Assembly: GCA_964019335.1 (NCBI GenBank)
Contig: OZ025745.1
Coordinates: 186,001 to 250,000, forward strand
Reading direction: 5' to 3'
Length of the DNA: 64,000 bases
From: Diplonema japonicum
Taxonomy: Eukaryota > Protista > Euglenozoa: Diplonemea
This document shows positions 21,792-32,798 of the stretch, piece by piece; position 1 is the first letter of the stretch; each line of letters opens with the position of its first letter. The position numbers and the translations under genes are program-made. Below the pieces are notes generated by a model that ran no database searches, was not told where the DNA came from, and saw only the letters and a program-made list of their open reading frames with translations.

Positions 21792-22560
21792 GTGGTGCCA
21801 TGCAGTATGTGACACAGCGGCCACCCTTGTGAAACTTCGCCCCGAAGCCTCCCAAGTCCCCTGTGGTCCCGTAGAAAGTAAAAGTGGAGAAGTAAAGAAA
21901 GCTTGGAAATTGAAATAGGGAGAGGGGCCACAGAAGCAATTAAACACCAACTGGAGAGTTGTGGGAGGCTTGCTTCACTGGCACGATGCCGCGGGGAGGC
22001 TACTTGCCTGACCTGGTGAAGCCACCTCCTTGTTCGATGTAATGGGATAAGGGACTCTCCGTTGAGGGCGATGCTAACTGGCGCCACGCGTAGGGTGGGC
22101 TCTCCACCCCCGTTCAGGTTTCCCCACGTGTACGGCTTTAGAACGAGAGTTTCCCTTTCGCTTGTGTTTCTCCAAACCACAATTACCAGGAACCACCACA
22201 GGGAGGTTGGAAACATTGGTCCCCGAAAAAAAAAAAAAAAAGAAAGCTCAGGATCTACCTGCTGCGACGTAAAGGACAGGTCACTACTAGAGAAGGTTTC
22301 CTCGCGGTTCCGCCTTCAAGTACCATTGCTGCGGGCAATTTTGTTCAGTTTACGAACCCTGCCGTTTTGGAGTTTAGCCAGAGTTTCAGCAACTAGTTGC
22401 AGGCATTCTGGATCCCGAACGTCAGCAGGGCAACGGAGAGTCCGGTGAGCGTGATCAGCTCGGTTTTCCAGAACCCTCAACTGAACAATATACCGTTGTT
22501 GGAAAAAGCTGGCGTCCAAGCACCGGTCGCACGGTAAAGAGATTTCTTTTTTTTATAGAA
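21792..22560 (+). ncRNA. Candidate long structured RNA of unknown family (antisense to the cluster)
   Basis: Nested helices 21792-800/22079-87, 21845-54/21962-71, 21861-70/21924-33, 21972-81/22013-22 and 22258-64/22423-29; the non-Watson-Crick pairs read G-U on +. No expression evidence. Confidence 0.4.
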
Positions 22561-22606
22561 CTTTTCTTTAGATTAGATGCCCTTGCAATGGGCCCGATTG
22601 TGGGAC

Positions 22607-22639
<33 letters not shown>

Positions 22640-23320
22640 GCAATGAGCCCATGACTCATTATGACTTCGGATGAATAACACATAAAAAAAAAAAAGAAAG
22701 AAACAACAGGGTAAGCGGGAGAGAAAATACGGTCAAAAGACAAAAAAAAAAAAAACATTAAGAGAAAGAAAAAAAAAGAGAGAGAACAGGGAAGGGGGGG
22801 GGGGGGGGGGGAGGAGGCGAGTCTCGAAAGAGGGGTTCGAGATCTCAGTACCACGCCTTTTCTTTTTTTGGTAGGATTTATTTTTTCCCTTGTCTCCTCC
22901 CCATATTTGTTTGTTTCTCCTTTTCTTTTTGTTTCTGGAGGGGGTGGTTGGATGGGTGGAAAAAGAAGAAAAAAAAGGGCATCCCCCTCCCCCCCCTTTT
23001 TTTTTAAAAAAAAGGGGGGAAATTGGTTTTTTTCCCCCTTGGTGGCACTGCCTAAATCTTTCCTTTTTTTTTCCTTTTCGATTTGCGCTCGCTCCGCTCT
23101 CCTCCTGCCTAAGCTTTTGGAACAAAAAAAAAAAACAAAACAAAAAAAAACCTCAAATCTTGAGTGGAAAAATGAAGGGGGGGGGGGAGCGTTAAAAAAA
23201 ACCAAACCGAACCACACCCACAAAAAAAAAAAATACATCAAAAAAAAATTACGAGAAAAAAAAAATTTACAATACAGAAAAAGAAAAAAAAAATTATTCA
23301 GACATTTCTTTTTTTTTTTT

Positions 23321-23821
23321 TTTTATTTCACTCTTCGTCATTTTCTTCACTCACTAGGGGCCTCATTATTTAACGCGAAATCGCCATTATTTAACTAGTT
23401 AAATAATGAGATTTTGCAGTTAAATAATGGCCCTTCAGAGTGAAAAAATGGGTCTTGTCGTGGAAAAAAATGCACCCAACCCCTTGAAAAAAATTTTTTG
23501 GGGTGGGCGTATTTTGACTATTTTTGGCCATCTGAGGCCATTCCAGCCCTTAAAAGTGGGAATAAGTGCTTTACTTCCCCTTTAAATGCCACGGCGAAAT
23601 AGCTACGGAATAGCTAGGAAAATCCCCAAAAAGCTGACCTGCGTGAAAAAAAACAGCAGTGAAAGCAGTGAAGAGTGAGTGACTCAAATGACGAAAAGTG
23701 AAATAAAACGACTTACTTGCGCCAAATGAGCCATTATTTAACATTCGTTACTGTTTTTTTGCACGAGGGCCCGCAGGGCCCTCGTGCAAAAAATTCGGGA
23801 ACTCGAGTTAAATAATGACTC
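23321..23821. mobile_element. Non-coding palindromic element, probably a non-autonomous DNA transposon (family uncertain)
   Basis: 35-bp imperfect inverted repeat 23321-55/23674-708; six copies of CATTATTTAAC in both orientations; perfect 17-bp hairpin 23756-23792. Confidence 0.55.
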
Positions 23822-23867
23822 ATTATTATTTGTTGGCAATAAATAGCTATTTTTTTTTTTTTTTTTT

Positions 23868-25160
23868 TCAAGAAGAATGGCGAAGGTCAGGCGACAACAT
23901 GCTTCGAGGGCTGTAAGTGTGCACGGCATCAATGTGGTGCTGCAAATTGCGGGCTGTCGAGGTGGCATGTGAGAGTTTTGTCGTTAGATCGGTGACTTCG
24001 CGCCGCCAGCTGTCTGCACTTTTCTGCGCGACGATCCGCGTCGCCTCCTGATCGCTGCACTCGCGAATGAACAGAACCAACTCCTCGGCATCAGGCGGCT
24101 CAGCGGTGAACCAATGCTCGATCACCTCCTGCCCTTCACACCTACACAACAAATCCAAAACATGCGGGTGCGGGCGAGGGTTTTGCGGCAACCTCTTCAA
24201 CTCCGCGACGGCCTCGGCCCACAGCTTAGGGACCTGGTACTTATTCAGAATAGGAAGAACCTTCAAGGCAGCCGAAGCATGGAAACACCCTGTTACGTCG
24301 TAAATCCTTTCCAACAACACCCTCCACGCATGGGGGGAGTCGCCAGGACAGGGGATAACGTAAGTTTCCGATTCTTCCATACCAGAATCGAGCACCCTTC
24401 GCATATGCGGGATAAACGTGGCAATAATCGCTGTGTGAACGTGAAAACTCGAATCCTGCACTTTGATGAAAATGTCCCGTGTGGCGCAGTCGCCGAACGC
24501 GTGGCTTCGGTACGTTTTTGGCCGCACGGTGATTTCAAACGTCATTTTTTTCACATTGTCGAAAATGACATCCTCTTCCCCACGACGTTCCCCCTCCAGG
24601 ACGAGCATGGGGCCTTGCTGATCAGAAGACTTCCCTACCAAGCGTAAGGTGATGAGCTGCACATGGTGCAGGGTTTCTGAATCATCGAGAACAATTTGAA
24701 TGTACCCCGCCGATCCCCAAAACCACCCATGACACGCTGAGGATTTAGTGTTGTTGTTGTTGTTGTTGTTTGTGGTTTGCCAGCACCCTGCGAGATGGCC
24801 GAAGCTGGAATGTTCCACTTCCAACCGACCAACTGGTTTGTCAGAGTCGTCATCTGTCCACACCAATGACCATGTACCTGTTAAGTCCAGCTCCAACCCT
24901 GGGCCGTGGACGGGGACAGATGGTTCATCGTCGGTTTTCTCGCTCTCCGGGACAGGGTCTTGATCTTCTTCCTCCGGTGCGGGGCGTTCTTTTCTTTCCA
25001 TAGCCGCGCGGAAGCTGTTGTTGTTGTTGGTTCCCTCGCTCTCATCGCTGTCATGACACGCTTGTTCGTCTATGAAGAAAGAGGCCGTTAGTTGTTCCAC
25101 GGACCCTATGCAGGGGACCAGCTTCGGCATGTCGTTCTCTCGTTCTTCGATTTCCGTCAT
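23868..25160 (-). CDS. BTB/POZ domain protein
   Basis: DIFIKVQDSSFHVHTAII...MRRVLDSGMEES...LLERIY is a BTB signature; start MTEIEER after poly(A). Confidence 0.8.
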   Translation of the reverse strand: MTEIEERENDMPKLVPCIGSVEQLTASFFIDEQACHDSDESEGTNNNNSFRAAMERKERPAPEEEDQDPVPESEKTDDEPSVPVHGPGLELDLTGTWSLVWTDDDSDKPVGRLEVEHSSFGHLAGCWQTTNNNNNNNTKSSACHGWFWGSAGYIQIVLDDSETLHHVQLITLRLVGKSSDQQGPMLVLEGERRGEEDVIFDNVKKMTFEITVRPKTYRSHAFGDCATRDIFIKVQDSSFHVHTAIIATFIPHMRRVLDSGMEESETYVIPCPGDSPHAWRVLLERIYDVTGCFHASAALKVLPILNKYQVPKLWAEAVAELKRLPQNPRPHPHVLDLLCRCEGQEVIEHWFTAEPPDAEELVLFIRECSDQEATRIVAQKSADSWRREVTDLTTKLSHATSTARNLQHHIDAVHTYSPRSMLSPDLRHSS

Positions 25161-26004
25161 TTTTTTTTTTTTTTTTTTTTTACAAAAAATCTCGTTTCTC
25201 TCTCTCTCTCTCTCTCCCCCCCTCCCAACTTGGAAAAAAATGTTTACTAAAGGTTGTATTTTGAAAAAAAAAGGGGGGAAAAGGGTAAAAAAACAGCAGT
25301 CGAAATATAAGAGAAAGAAATATGGGGAGGGGGGGGGGAGATGGATAATAAACACTGTAAAAATCTTTTTTTTTTGTCGGGAAATGGTTTTTTCCACCCC
25401 CCCTTTTTTTAAATATTCCGGGGGAAAACTAAGAAGTTTACAGTAAGAAAGAAATATAGAATAATCAACACATTATGCATGCTTTTTTTTTTTGGAAGGA
25501 AGGGGGGGAAGGGGGTGTATTATAATGGTATGGGTTCGTTTTTGCGTGGCCCCCCACGCCACTTAGTCTGTCACAACCCCCCCCCCCCCCTTCTTCAGGC
25601 ATTTTTTTCTAAGTCTACGGTATCCATACAAGGAAGATGTCCCGACCCCCCCCCCCCCCCTTCTCGTATTACACAATACTTTGCTGTTTGCATATGTTGT
25701 TCAGATAAAGAAGAAATTGAGAAAGGGGTGGAGGAAAAGAAAGAGGGGGGAAAATGAAGGATATTGGAAAAAAAAAAAGAGAAAAAAAAAAGTGGTAAAT
25801 TGAGTATTTCCTCCTCTTTTTTTTTTTTCTCCCCTTATTTCTTTCCCCCTCCCCCCCCTTTTCTTTCTTTCACTCCCCTTTACGACCACCCTATTTTTAT
25901 TACCAACACATTGAAAGCAATGAGGGGAGATGTAGCAGGGGTGGGTGGGGGCGGGGGGGGTATTTATAAACAACAGTACATAAAAAAAAAAACAGAAAGA
26001 CTTT

Positions 26005-28275
26005 TTACTTTTCTTTTGCAAGCCAAGCTCGGGTGGCTCTTTGAATCACAAGGATTTTACTAAGGTGGGATGAAATGGACTGCATGTTCTCCAGTTCATC
26101 CCTATTCTTGCAATTCCTGGCATGCCTCTGAATCTCCATAACCTTGTCAAGATTGTCATCTAGTTTGGATCTGAACTGCTGGCGCAGCTCTTCGTGCTCA
26201 AGCCTGGCAGTGAGCTGTGTGACCTGCCGTTGCTTTTCTGCGAGTTGAGTTGTAAGGTCCCCAAGACACGCACCTGGTGTCTGCACCACTGGAGGTGTCA
26301 CAGATCGGCCTTTTTGCAGCCAATCCCTCACGGATCTTTGTATAGTAGAGACTGCATCCATCTGTCGTTTCACCTCGTTCTCAAGATCACGGCTTTTCCT
26401 GCTTTTCGAGTTTCGTTGGCAATCTTGCTTCGTAGGCGAGAGGCCTCGCTTTCGCAGCCATTGCCTGACCGACCGCTGTATGGTGAGCACTTTTTTCAAC
26501 TTGTCGATTTCTTTTCTCGCCATCCTCCCCCTGACCGCTGCCTGCAGCGTCTCGATGCTCCGCCTTACAAGGTGGTACTGCCGCTGCGCCGACCACTTCC
26601 TCACGTTGCGTTGTATGATCAACGCTGTTTGATCGGGGTCTTGATCCGACATGTCCGAGGAGCCAGCTGGTGACTGCGGGTTGTTGGTGATACTGTGAAG
26701 GGCTTCCAACGCCTCCCACTCCTCGCCGTCGCCGTTCTCGAGATCGGTGCTGCCAGTGAAGAACGACAACTGCGAGAGAAGCTCGTCTTCAAGCGATATG
26801 TCGATGCTGTTGGTCTGCGAGGGTGGTGTCTCATCCTTGGCAAGCAGCCTGCCTGCCGTGTTGCTGAGGTCGGCAGCAATTGACATCGGCGTGTTCCCAG
26901 ACATGTCTTGCACGTCTGGCGTCGCTCCAAAGTTAAGCAAAACAGCAACAACAGGTTCATTACGGTCCTTCATGACGGCGTAGTGAAGGGGGGTCATTCC
27001 ACGGGCGTCAAGTGCGTTCACACAGTGAGGGGGTGCATAGGTGAGGAGAATGTCAAGCGGCCCAACAAGACCGAGGTAGGCAAGATAATGCGTCAGTGTG
27101 ATGCCCTCCGAGTCAGGAGCGAACAACATGGCAGACTCGCCAGCGGGTACACGTGACTCAGACATCGCAGAGATAACCGAAAAAACAAATTTTTTAAACG
27201 GTATTTGCTCGTCCTGATCGGTGGTGTCTGTCGGTTGATGTAGACCGGACGCCCTTCTTGGTGTCGAGGCGTTGGAATGATCTGACAGAGGCGGTTCGTC
27301 GCCGAGCCTCTCGCGCATCGATTGCAGCAGAGACACCAACCCGCTTTTGAAATCCATCGCGGTGCTTTCTCTCAGAATTATCTCGCACGGTTCTGTAAGA
27401 AAGATTCCGTTGTACTCGACGGTGAGAACAGGCGGCTGCCGTGTCACCCGCAGCACAGGGACGGCAACGGACAGTGCACTATTCTGTTCGATGGGTTTGT
27501 GCTTGACAGGTACTCCACCAACCTTCACCGTGATAGAAAGCTTCAAATACCCGGCGAGCGAAGGCGGGAGCAACACCAACAGGTCATCACCAACATCAAC
27601 TGTCTTCGGAAACACTGATATTTCAGGCCGCCCTGATTGCACAGGGCCTGTTAAGTACAAATTTGAGTCAACGTCCGTGATATCTGCATCAGGGGACACC
27701 TCATCCGAGGCGGCGGGCGTTGCTGTGAAAGAGGACAGAACCCTGGACGACACTATATCCTTCGACAGATAATGAACGCAGGTTAGCCCAGTGGACTTGA
27801 TGGTGTATGTTCTGCGTTGCAAAGTGCTGTCTGTGGAGGTGCAGTGCTCAAGCGACATTTGCGTGTTTTGAAGTTTTATGTTCTCGCGAAGGGGTGGGAG
27901 ATGCCACGCTACCCCATCGTCATAAGTAGGGATCTTCACATTGTGGAACCATATCACCCCATGTTTAATCTCTGTTGGCTGTGGTGTTGCTACATATGGA
28001 AGCTCCTTGAACCTTATCAGCAGGCTCATATAAACACCAGGTGGGTGGAACTCGCTTGCAGACGCTGAAACACCTTCGCCCACAATGTTCTTAATTTCTT
28101 GCGGAGTGTGCATCAGATGATTGTTCACACCAACAGCGATACCCAACGAAAAGCCATCGGACAACATATGGGGCGCGCTCCTCGCCCTCGGACCCCCATG
28201 TTTTTGCTTGGTTGCCACACACGACGAACAAGGCACCGCTCCCGGTGACGAGACGTTTATGAAACCACTGTCCAT
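26005..28275 (-). CDS. CAMTA-like protein (divergent CG-1, TIG, ankyrin, IQ motifs)
   Basis: CG-1-like DDGVAW...LQRRTY...CVHYL; TIG-like ISVFPKT...VKVGGVPV; ankyrins (GITLTHYLA, GMTPLHYA, GNTPMSIA); several IQ motifs (IQRNVRKW, LQAAVRG, IQRSVRQW). Confidence 0.75.
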   Translation of the reverse strand: MDSGFINVSSPGAVPCSSCVATKQKHGGPRARSAPHMLSDGFSLGIAVGVNNHLMHTPQEIKNIVGEGVSASASEFHPPGVYMSLLIRFKELPYVATPQPTEIKHGVIWFHNVKIPTYDDGVAWHLPPLRENIKLQNTQMSLEHCTSTDSTLQRRTYTIKSTGLTCVHYLSKDIVSSRVLSSFTATPAASDEVSPDADITDVDSNLYLTGPVQSGRPEISVFPKTVDVGDDLLVLLPPSLAGYLKLSITVKVGGVPVKHKPIEQNSALSVAVPVLRVTRQPPVLTVEYNGIFLTEPCEIILRESTAMDFKSGLVSLLQSMRERLGDEPPLSDHSNASTPRRASGLHQPTDTTDQDEQIPFKKFVFSVISAMSESRVPAGESAMLFAPDSEGITLTHYLAYLGLVGPLDILLTYAPPHCVNALDARGMTPLHYAVMKDRNEPVVAVLLNFGATPDVQDMSGNTPMSIAADLSNTAGRLLAKDETPPSQTNSIDISLEDELLSQLSFFTGSTDLENGDGEEWEALEALHSITNNPQSPAGSSDMSDQDPDQTALIIQRNVRKWSAQRQYHLVRRSIETLQAAVRGRMARKEIDKLKKVLTIQRSVRQWLRKRGLSPTKQDCQRNSKSRKSRDLENEVKRQMDAVSTIQRSVRDWLQKGRSVTPPVVQTPGACLGDLTTQLAEKQRQVTQLTARLEHEELRQQFRSKLDDNLDKVMEIQRHARNCKNRDELENMQSISSHLSKILVIQRATRAWLAKEK

Positions 28276-28469
28276 TTTTTTTTTTTTTAAAATCTTTTTA
28301 AAGAATTCTTTTTATTCCATTTTCTTTTCTTTTTTTCCCCCCGTGTATGCTGACAAATATATATATTTTTTTTTTTTTTTGTTTGCATTCACATAAAGAC
28401 TACTACACAGTTAAACTACACAGTTGTCGTAAGACAAGTGTCGAGTCACCACTCGAGCCACCACTCGAG

Positions 28470-28859
28470 TCACCACCAGTCGTCCGTTCTGTACACTTTC
28501 TCGTGAACCTTCTGCATCCCCGCAGGCTCGACCGCTTTCATTTTCATCTTGATTTCCAGTGCTCCCTCTGTCTTCCATCTTTTTGGTTCCGAAGTGTCTT
28601 TTTTTACTACTCCAGTGGTTGTGCTCTCTTTGGGGAACACCATGTCGGGGATGTCAGCTGCTGGTTCGACTTCGCCTACAAGGGGCGAAGGGTCTTGGGG
28701 AATTTCTACGGGGGCTTCACTTTCTCCTGCTGCGCCGTTTGCTTCTGTTTGACATTGGCTCTTTGCGCTTTGTGCATCCTTCAATGTTGCAGCTTCTTCC
28801 CTTGCCTTGTTGCCCCTGTACAGGGCTTGTATCTTGGCCGCACCAAGATCTTCATCCAT
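28470..28859 (-). CDS. Small IQ-motif protein (129 aa)
   Basis: MDEDLGAAKIQALYRGNKAR is a canonical IQ motif; ends KVYRTDDWW. Confidence 0.75.
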   Translation of the reverse strand: MDEDLGAAKIQALYRGNKAREEAATLKDAQSAKSQCQTEANGAAGESEAPVEIPQDPSPLVGEVEPAADIPDMVFPKESTTTGVVKKDTSEPKRWKTEGALEIKMKMKAVEPAGMQKVHEKVYRTDDWW

Positions 28860-29275
28860 TTTCCCCCTTCTCCTTTTCCGCCGCCCGCCTCGACAGGTTA
28901 CGAAAGAAAAAAAAAAAGAAGAGGGAGAGAAGGAAGAAAGGGCGGTGAGATTATCTAGTAATTGAACAGATGCCGTACAAGAAAACACCCCCCCACGCGC
29001 AAGGGAATGGCGGTCTTTATGACACCAAAAAAAAAACACAGGCGAGTGGATGGGGTGGGGTGGGGACCATGCAGATGACTAGATACACGATGCTGAGAGG
29101 AAGAAAAAAGAAATATTCGTTTCCCTTTTGAAAAAAAAAAAAAAAAAAAAAAACCACAGGAACGCACCAGGTCTCACTAGATGCGAACCGCAAGAAAAGG
29201 CCAAGACAGCGAAAGAAAAGGGAAAACAAAAAAAAAAAAAACGGCGGTACTTTTTTTTTTACATCGGGCAACCGA

Positions 29276-29896
29276 CTACAAAGGAACAACACGACAGTGC
29301 TTATTGCACGAGGCCCAGGGCTGGAAGAGGGATGGGTCTTGCGGTCCTACCTTGTACCCTGCATAAGAGTATTTCCACATGTTAGTACCCCGCTTGAAGG
29401 TAGGATACCCTTCGTAATAAAGACACGGCTGTTGGGCAGCATCGGCGGTGGCGTAATAGTAGTTAGCCTCATTGCCGCCTTGCAGCCACCCATCGCACAC
29501 ACGGCCCCCGATGGTCAGCTGGCCTTGGTAAGCGGCACCACTGAGCCAGTCTCTTCTTATGACCCCACAACCGAAGCTGGTGTTGCAATACCTGCAACAA
29601 GAGTCTTTATCAGCGTGGAAGTAGAGATACCGCCATCCGTCCGGCGCCACGAAGTTAGAGCAAGGTTCTTCGCTGAACTCCTTCCCTGCGATGCTTCTGC
29701 ACATTTCGTCTCTCTGGCCCTGCCCGTGGTCCTGTCTCGACACCTTGTTCACTGCATCATAATAGAACATCATCGGGCTTGTCTGAGTGACATTGTGTAT
29801 CGTGATCGTCTGGTTGATGGGAACCGAGAACTGCGCATCCCACTCAGGCGCAGGGGGCGATACGACCGCAGCCACGAGGATGCTCACTACCACCAA

Positions 29897-29899
<3 letters not shown>
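29276..29899 (-). CDS. Secreted protein, At4g14100-like / ependymin-related fold
   Basis: Signal peptide, PEWDAQF, FYYD and GVIRRDWLSGAAYQGQLTIGGRVCDGW pattern. Confidence 0.65.
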
Positions 29900-29934
<35 letters not shown>

Positions 29935-30007
29935 CTCTTTTTCTTTAACTTGGGAGAGAAGAAAAAAAAAAAAAAGTTCTAAAGTTAAAAAATAAAAAGG
30001 GGTCCAT

Positions 30008-31734
30008 CTACGTTGTGGAAACAGGGCGTCCGATGGTGGGTAGCTCGGGCAGGACCATTCCACGGGACTTCCACGTCGCAAGCTTCACCAATTCCCAGTT
30101 GTAAAGAAGCGTGTTGTAACTCCTCCGCTGCACGAGCCCTTCGTAGCAACCGTGCGTGTGCAGGGTGGGGAACACGCGTGAGAAGGCACCCTTCCTGTGA
30201 CATTCATCCTCCGATGCTTTGATGACCGCCTGTAGGTGAGGAGACAACACAGGAAGGTACTCCCCGATGGTGGGGTAAGGAGGCTTGAGAGGATCAACAG
30301 GCGTTAATTTCGACGAGCTTCTGCGAAGCAAAGGAGGCTGCTGCTGCTGCTGCTGCGGGCTAGGGTGCGCGATCCCTACAAGAGTGAGGAGGTCTGCTAG
30401 AAAATTACATTTCACCTTTGCGTCAAGCGGTGACACCGTATTGACCGACGGCATGATGTTCACCTCTAGAAGGCTCACCTTGAAGGATTCCTCAACCAGA
30501 ACATCAACACCGAATATCTCAAAGCAACCGTTCCCGGAACCAACATGGGCAGCATGCTTCTGGTACAGATCCTCCTCAACAGACAGAACGGTCTTCACAG
30601 CAACATCGCAGATTTGCGTCCAGATGAGGTCCCAAGGGTAACCGTTCTCGTTACAGTGATTTTTGAAGGTGGAGAGCAACCATTTCGACCCGGCTTCGCT
30701 GTTGCCGTCGTCGTCTGGATTCTCAAAATTCTCGGTGTTGTGTTTGTTAATTGAATAGTTTGTGAGGTGTGCGTACTGGTTCTCAAGACCTGTTGTGCCG
30801 CCGGGGTATATCTCTGTGGCGAAGCGTACGAGCCCTTCGTTGTACAAAAACACACGCAAAGGGTTGACAGAGGTGACGACCATGTAAAGACGGAGGTCGA
30901 ACTTCGTATTGTTGATCAGCAATGGTTTTTGAATATATCTCTGCGCGATGCAGGGCTCCTTAACATCAATAGGGGGTGACGCAGTAAGACGAATCCCCAT
31001 ACCGCATGCAGCTGCGTTGGGTTTCAGTATAAACACCTCACGCGTGTCTGTCATATGCCGTGCGAGTTGCTTCAGTTCGGAAGGGAGTAGGTACGTAGCA
31101 GGGTGGATGTCGTATCCGGATTTGGGGTGTTTTTTCAACATTTTTTTGAGGTTTTTCGAGAGGAGGTCTTTTCTCCCCATCCCCCAGGTTCCTGGGAAAT
31201 GATTGAACTTCCGCTTCTCGTTGGCAAGGGCGTACTCGTCTGGTTTAATCCGTTTCGCCCATACCAGCACGCATTTGGTGTTTTTGAAGTCTTTTGTCAA
31301 GACAAGCCCTGCGCGTTGCAGGGTTGCAAGCAATACGCCGAATCGTATGGCGCCTTCGCCTATGTGAGCTCGGGCGGCGTTGGATTTGTTGGTTTGGATA
31401 TCTTTCAGGGGTAGTTGCAGGGGTTCTGTTGCGCAGTCCAACGGCTTTGCGCGAACGAATTCCCGGTTCTCCTTTGATGTGTAGTCGGCAGGTCTGAACA
31501 CGATGGTGGTGGTGGTGGTGGTTTCTTCAAAAACGCTGCCCGCAACGGTCATGCACACTCTGTCGGCTTCCCCATCGAAATTCTTCAGCGAACAGTCCTC
31601 GATGTCATCCACGCCCCCTGCTCGCTCACCCCCCGGAGTGAATTCTGTTTTCGGACACCTCACCACCCCGTCCCTTCTATAGACCGCACTGTCTGCGAAT
31701 AAACGCAGCGCCTCCGTTGCTCGTTTGTGGATTT

Positions 31735-31738
<4 letters not shown>
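30008..31738 (-). CDS. Tubulin-tyrosine ligase-like polyglutamylase (TTLL4/5-like)
   Basis: NHFPG, GRKD, QRYI..PLLI, KFDLRLY, GLVRFAT, HLTNYSINK, FEIFGVD, LLEVNIMPS. Confidence 0.92.
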
Positions 31739-31775
<37 letters not shown>

Positions 31776-31834
31776 CTATGATAATAACGAAGGGGAGGAG
31801 GGGAGAAAAAGCGGTATCAGCCCACTCAAAACAC

Positions 31835-32602
31835 TCAAACAGACAAATACGGCTTCCTTCGTTGCTTTGCTTGGGTTAGCTGTTTGTGTCTGGGATCGAT
31901 CCAGGACTTGATCACGACCACCGAGACGGCAACACACAGGATGAAGATGAAAAACAGCGGCATTACGGTTCTCCGTCGCGGCTCAGGATGCGCCGTCACC
32001 GTCGGCTTTCTGTCGGGCAGCACGGCGACAGAATCGGTTGCGTTGAAATTGGAAACGCAGTACACAGACAGGTAAGACGGAAGCGAGGCGCATCGTTCTT
32101 GTGAAAGAGAAGACAGGTGCCAAGGTGTAAGGTACTTTGCAGTTTCCTCCGACATATGCGATAAAAACCCTGCCCCTGCTGCTATCTCTTGACGAGAAAT
32201 CTGCACCAAACATGCTTGGTTCGGGGTCACTGGTAATGCTTCCAAACAACTTGCTCTCAGTTTCCTGCATGAGCGAATGTACCTCACGTGCTCTTTTGAA
32301 ATTGCCCTGCACTGTATCGGGGTCAGGCTGGCAACGCCGGCTATGCCAAGCCCGGTCCAGAATTCAGCGCCAAGGGTTGTTACCCTATTCCCCAAGCTGG
32401 CTACCGTCGTCGCGGGTAGGCTCTTTACACAGTCACGGTCGAGCTCTGCTAGCTCCGAGTTGGTCATGTTCCCCGCACAGGGAACAGAGAGCGAGCCGCA
32501 TAGCCACCTCCCGTCCGTGTCCTTACACGATGCCTCTTGAATCGTTTTATTTGATGTGATGCCGCTCACGGCGATGGTTGAAACGACTATCAGACAGTTC
32601 AT
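31835..32602 (-). CDS. Cys-rich type I membrane protein, unknown family
   Basis: Start MNCLIVVSTIAVSG; C-terminal TM (PLFFIFILCVAVSVVVI) and a basic tail. Confidence 0.7.
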   Translation of the reverse strand: MNCLIVVSTIAVSGITSNKTIQEASCKDTDGRWLCGSLSVPCAGNMTNSELAELDRDCVKSLPATTVASLGNRVTTLGAEFWTGLGIAGVASLTPIQCRAISKEHVRYIRSCRKLRASCLEALPVTPNQACLVQISRQEIAAGAGFLSHMSEETAKYLTPWHLSSLSQERCASLPSYLSVYCVSNFNATDSVAVLPDRKPTVTAHPEPRRRTVMPLFFIFILCVAVSVVVIKSWIDPRHKQLTQAKQRRKPYLSV

Positions 32603-32798
32603 TATGACATTTTTTTTTTTTTTAAACCCTCTACTCACTTCTGGGGAATTTTTTTCTGTTTTTTTTTTCTTTTTGATTGGGGGAGGGGAGGGGGGGGGGG
32701 GGATTGAGAAAAATAAAACTGTTAGAAAAAATAAAATAAAATAAAAACTGATCGTGTTTGATATCAGGGTCAAGGGGTCACGGGAGGGGGGGGCTCGC

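Noticed and set aside
21792-22087. RNase P or MRP RNA (AGAAA and AGCTTGGAA inside a stem, AAGTCCCC, TGTAATGG)
   Set aside because: No canonical P4 with a CR-V ACnnAAnnC..UA or GGGGCUnA partner, and helix order does not fit. Kept only as an unknown structured RNA.
21638-22519. ORFs 21638..22216, 22062..22448 and 22316..22519 as genes
   Set aside because: Non-ATG starts or runs through homopolymers, no poly(A)-ATG grammar, no recognisable motif.
21792-22560. Telomerase RNA or SRP RNA
   Set aside because: No CTAACCCT template on either strand and no SRP helix-8 CAGG/AGCAG motif seen.
22573-23398. Poly-Lys/Phe/Pro/Gly ORFs in spacers and K/F-rich N-terminal extensions on real genes
   Set aside because: Translations of homopolymer tracts; starts were reset to the ATG following the A run.
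28441-28476. Three copies of a 12-bp unit (tcgagtcaccac) over the IQ gene stop codon
   Set aside because: Short slippage duplication without spacers; not a CRISPR array.
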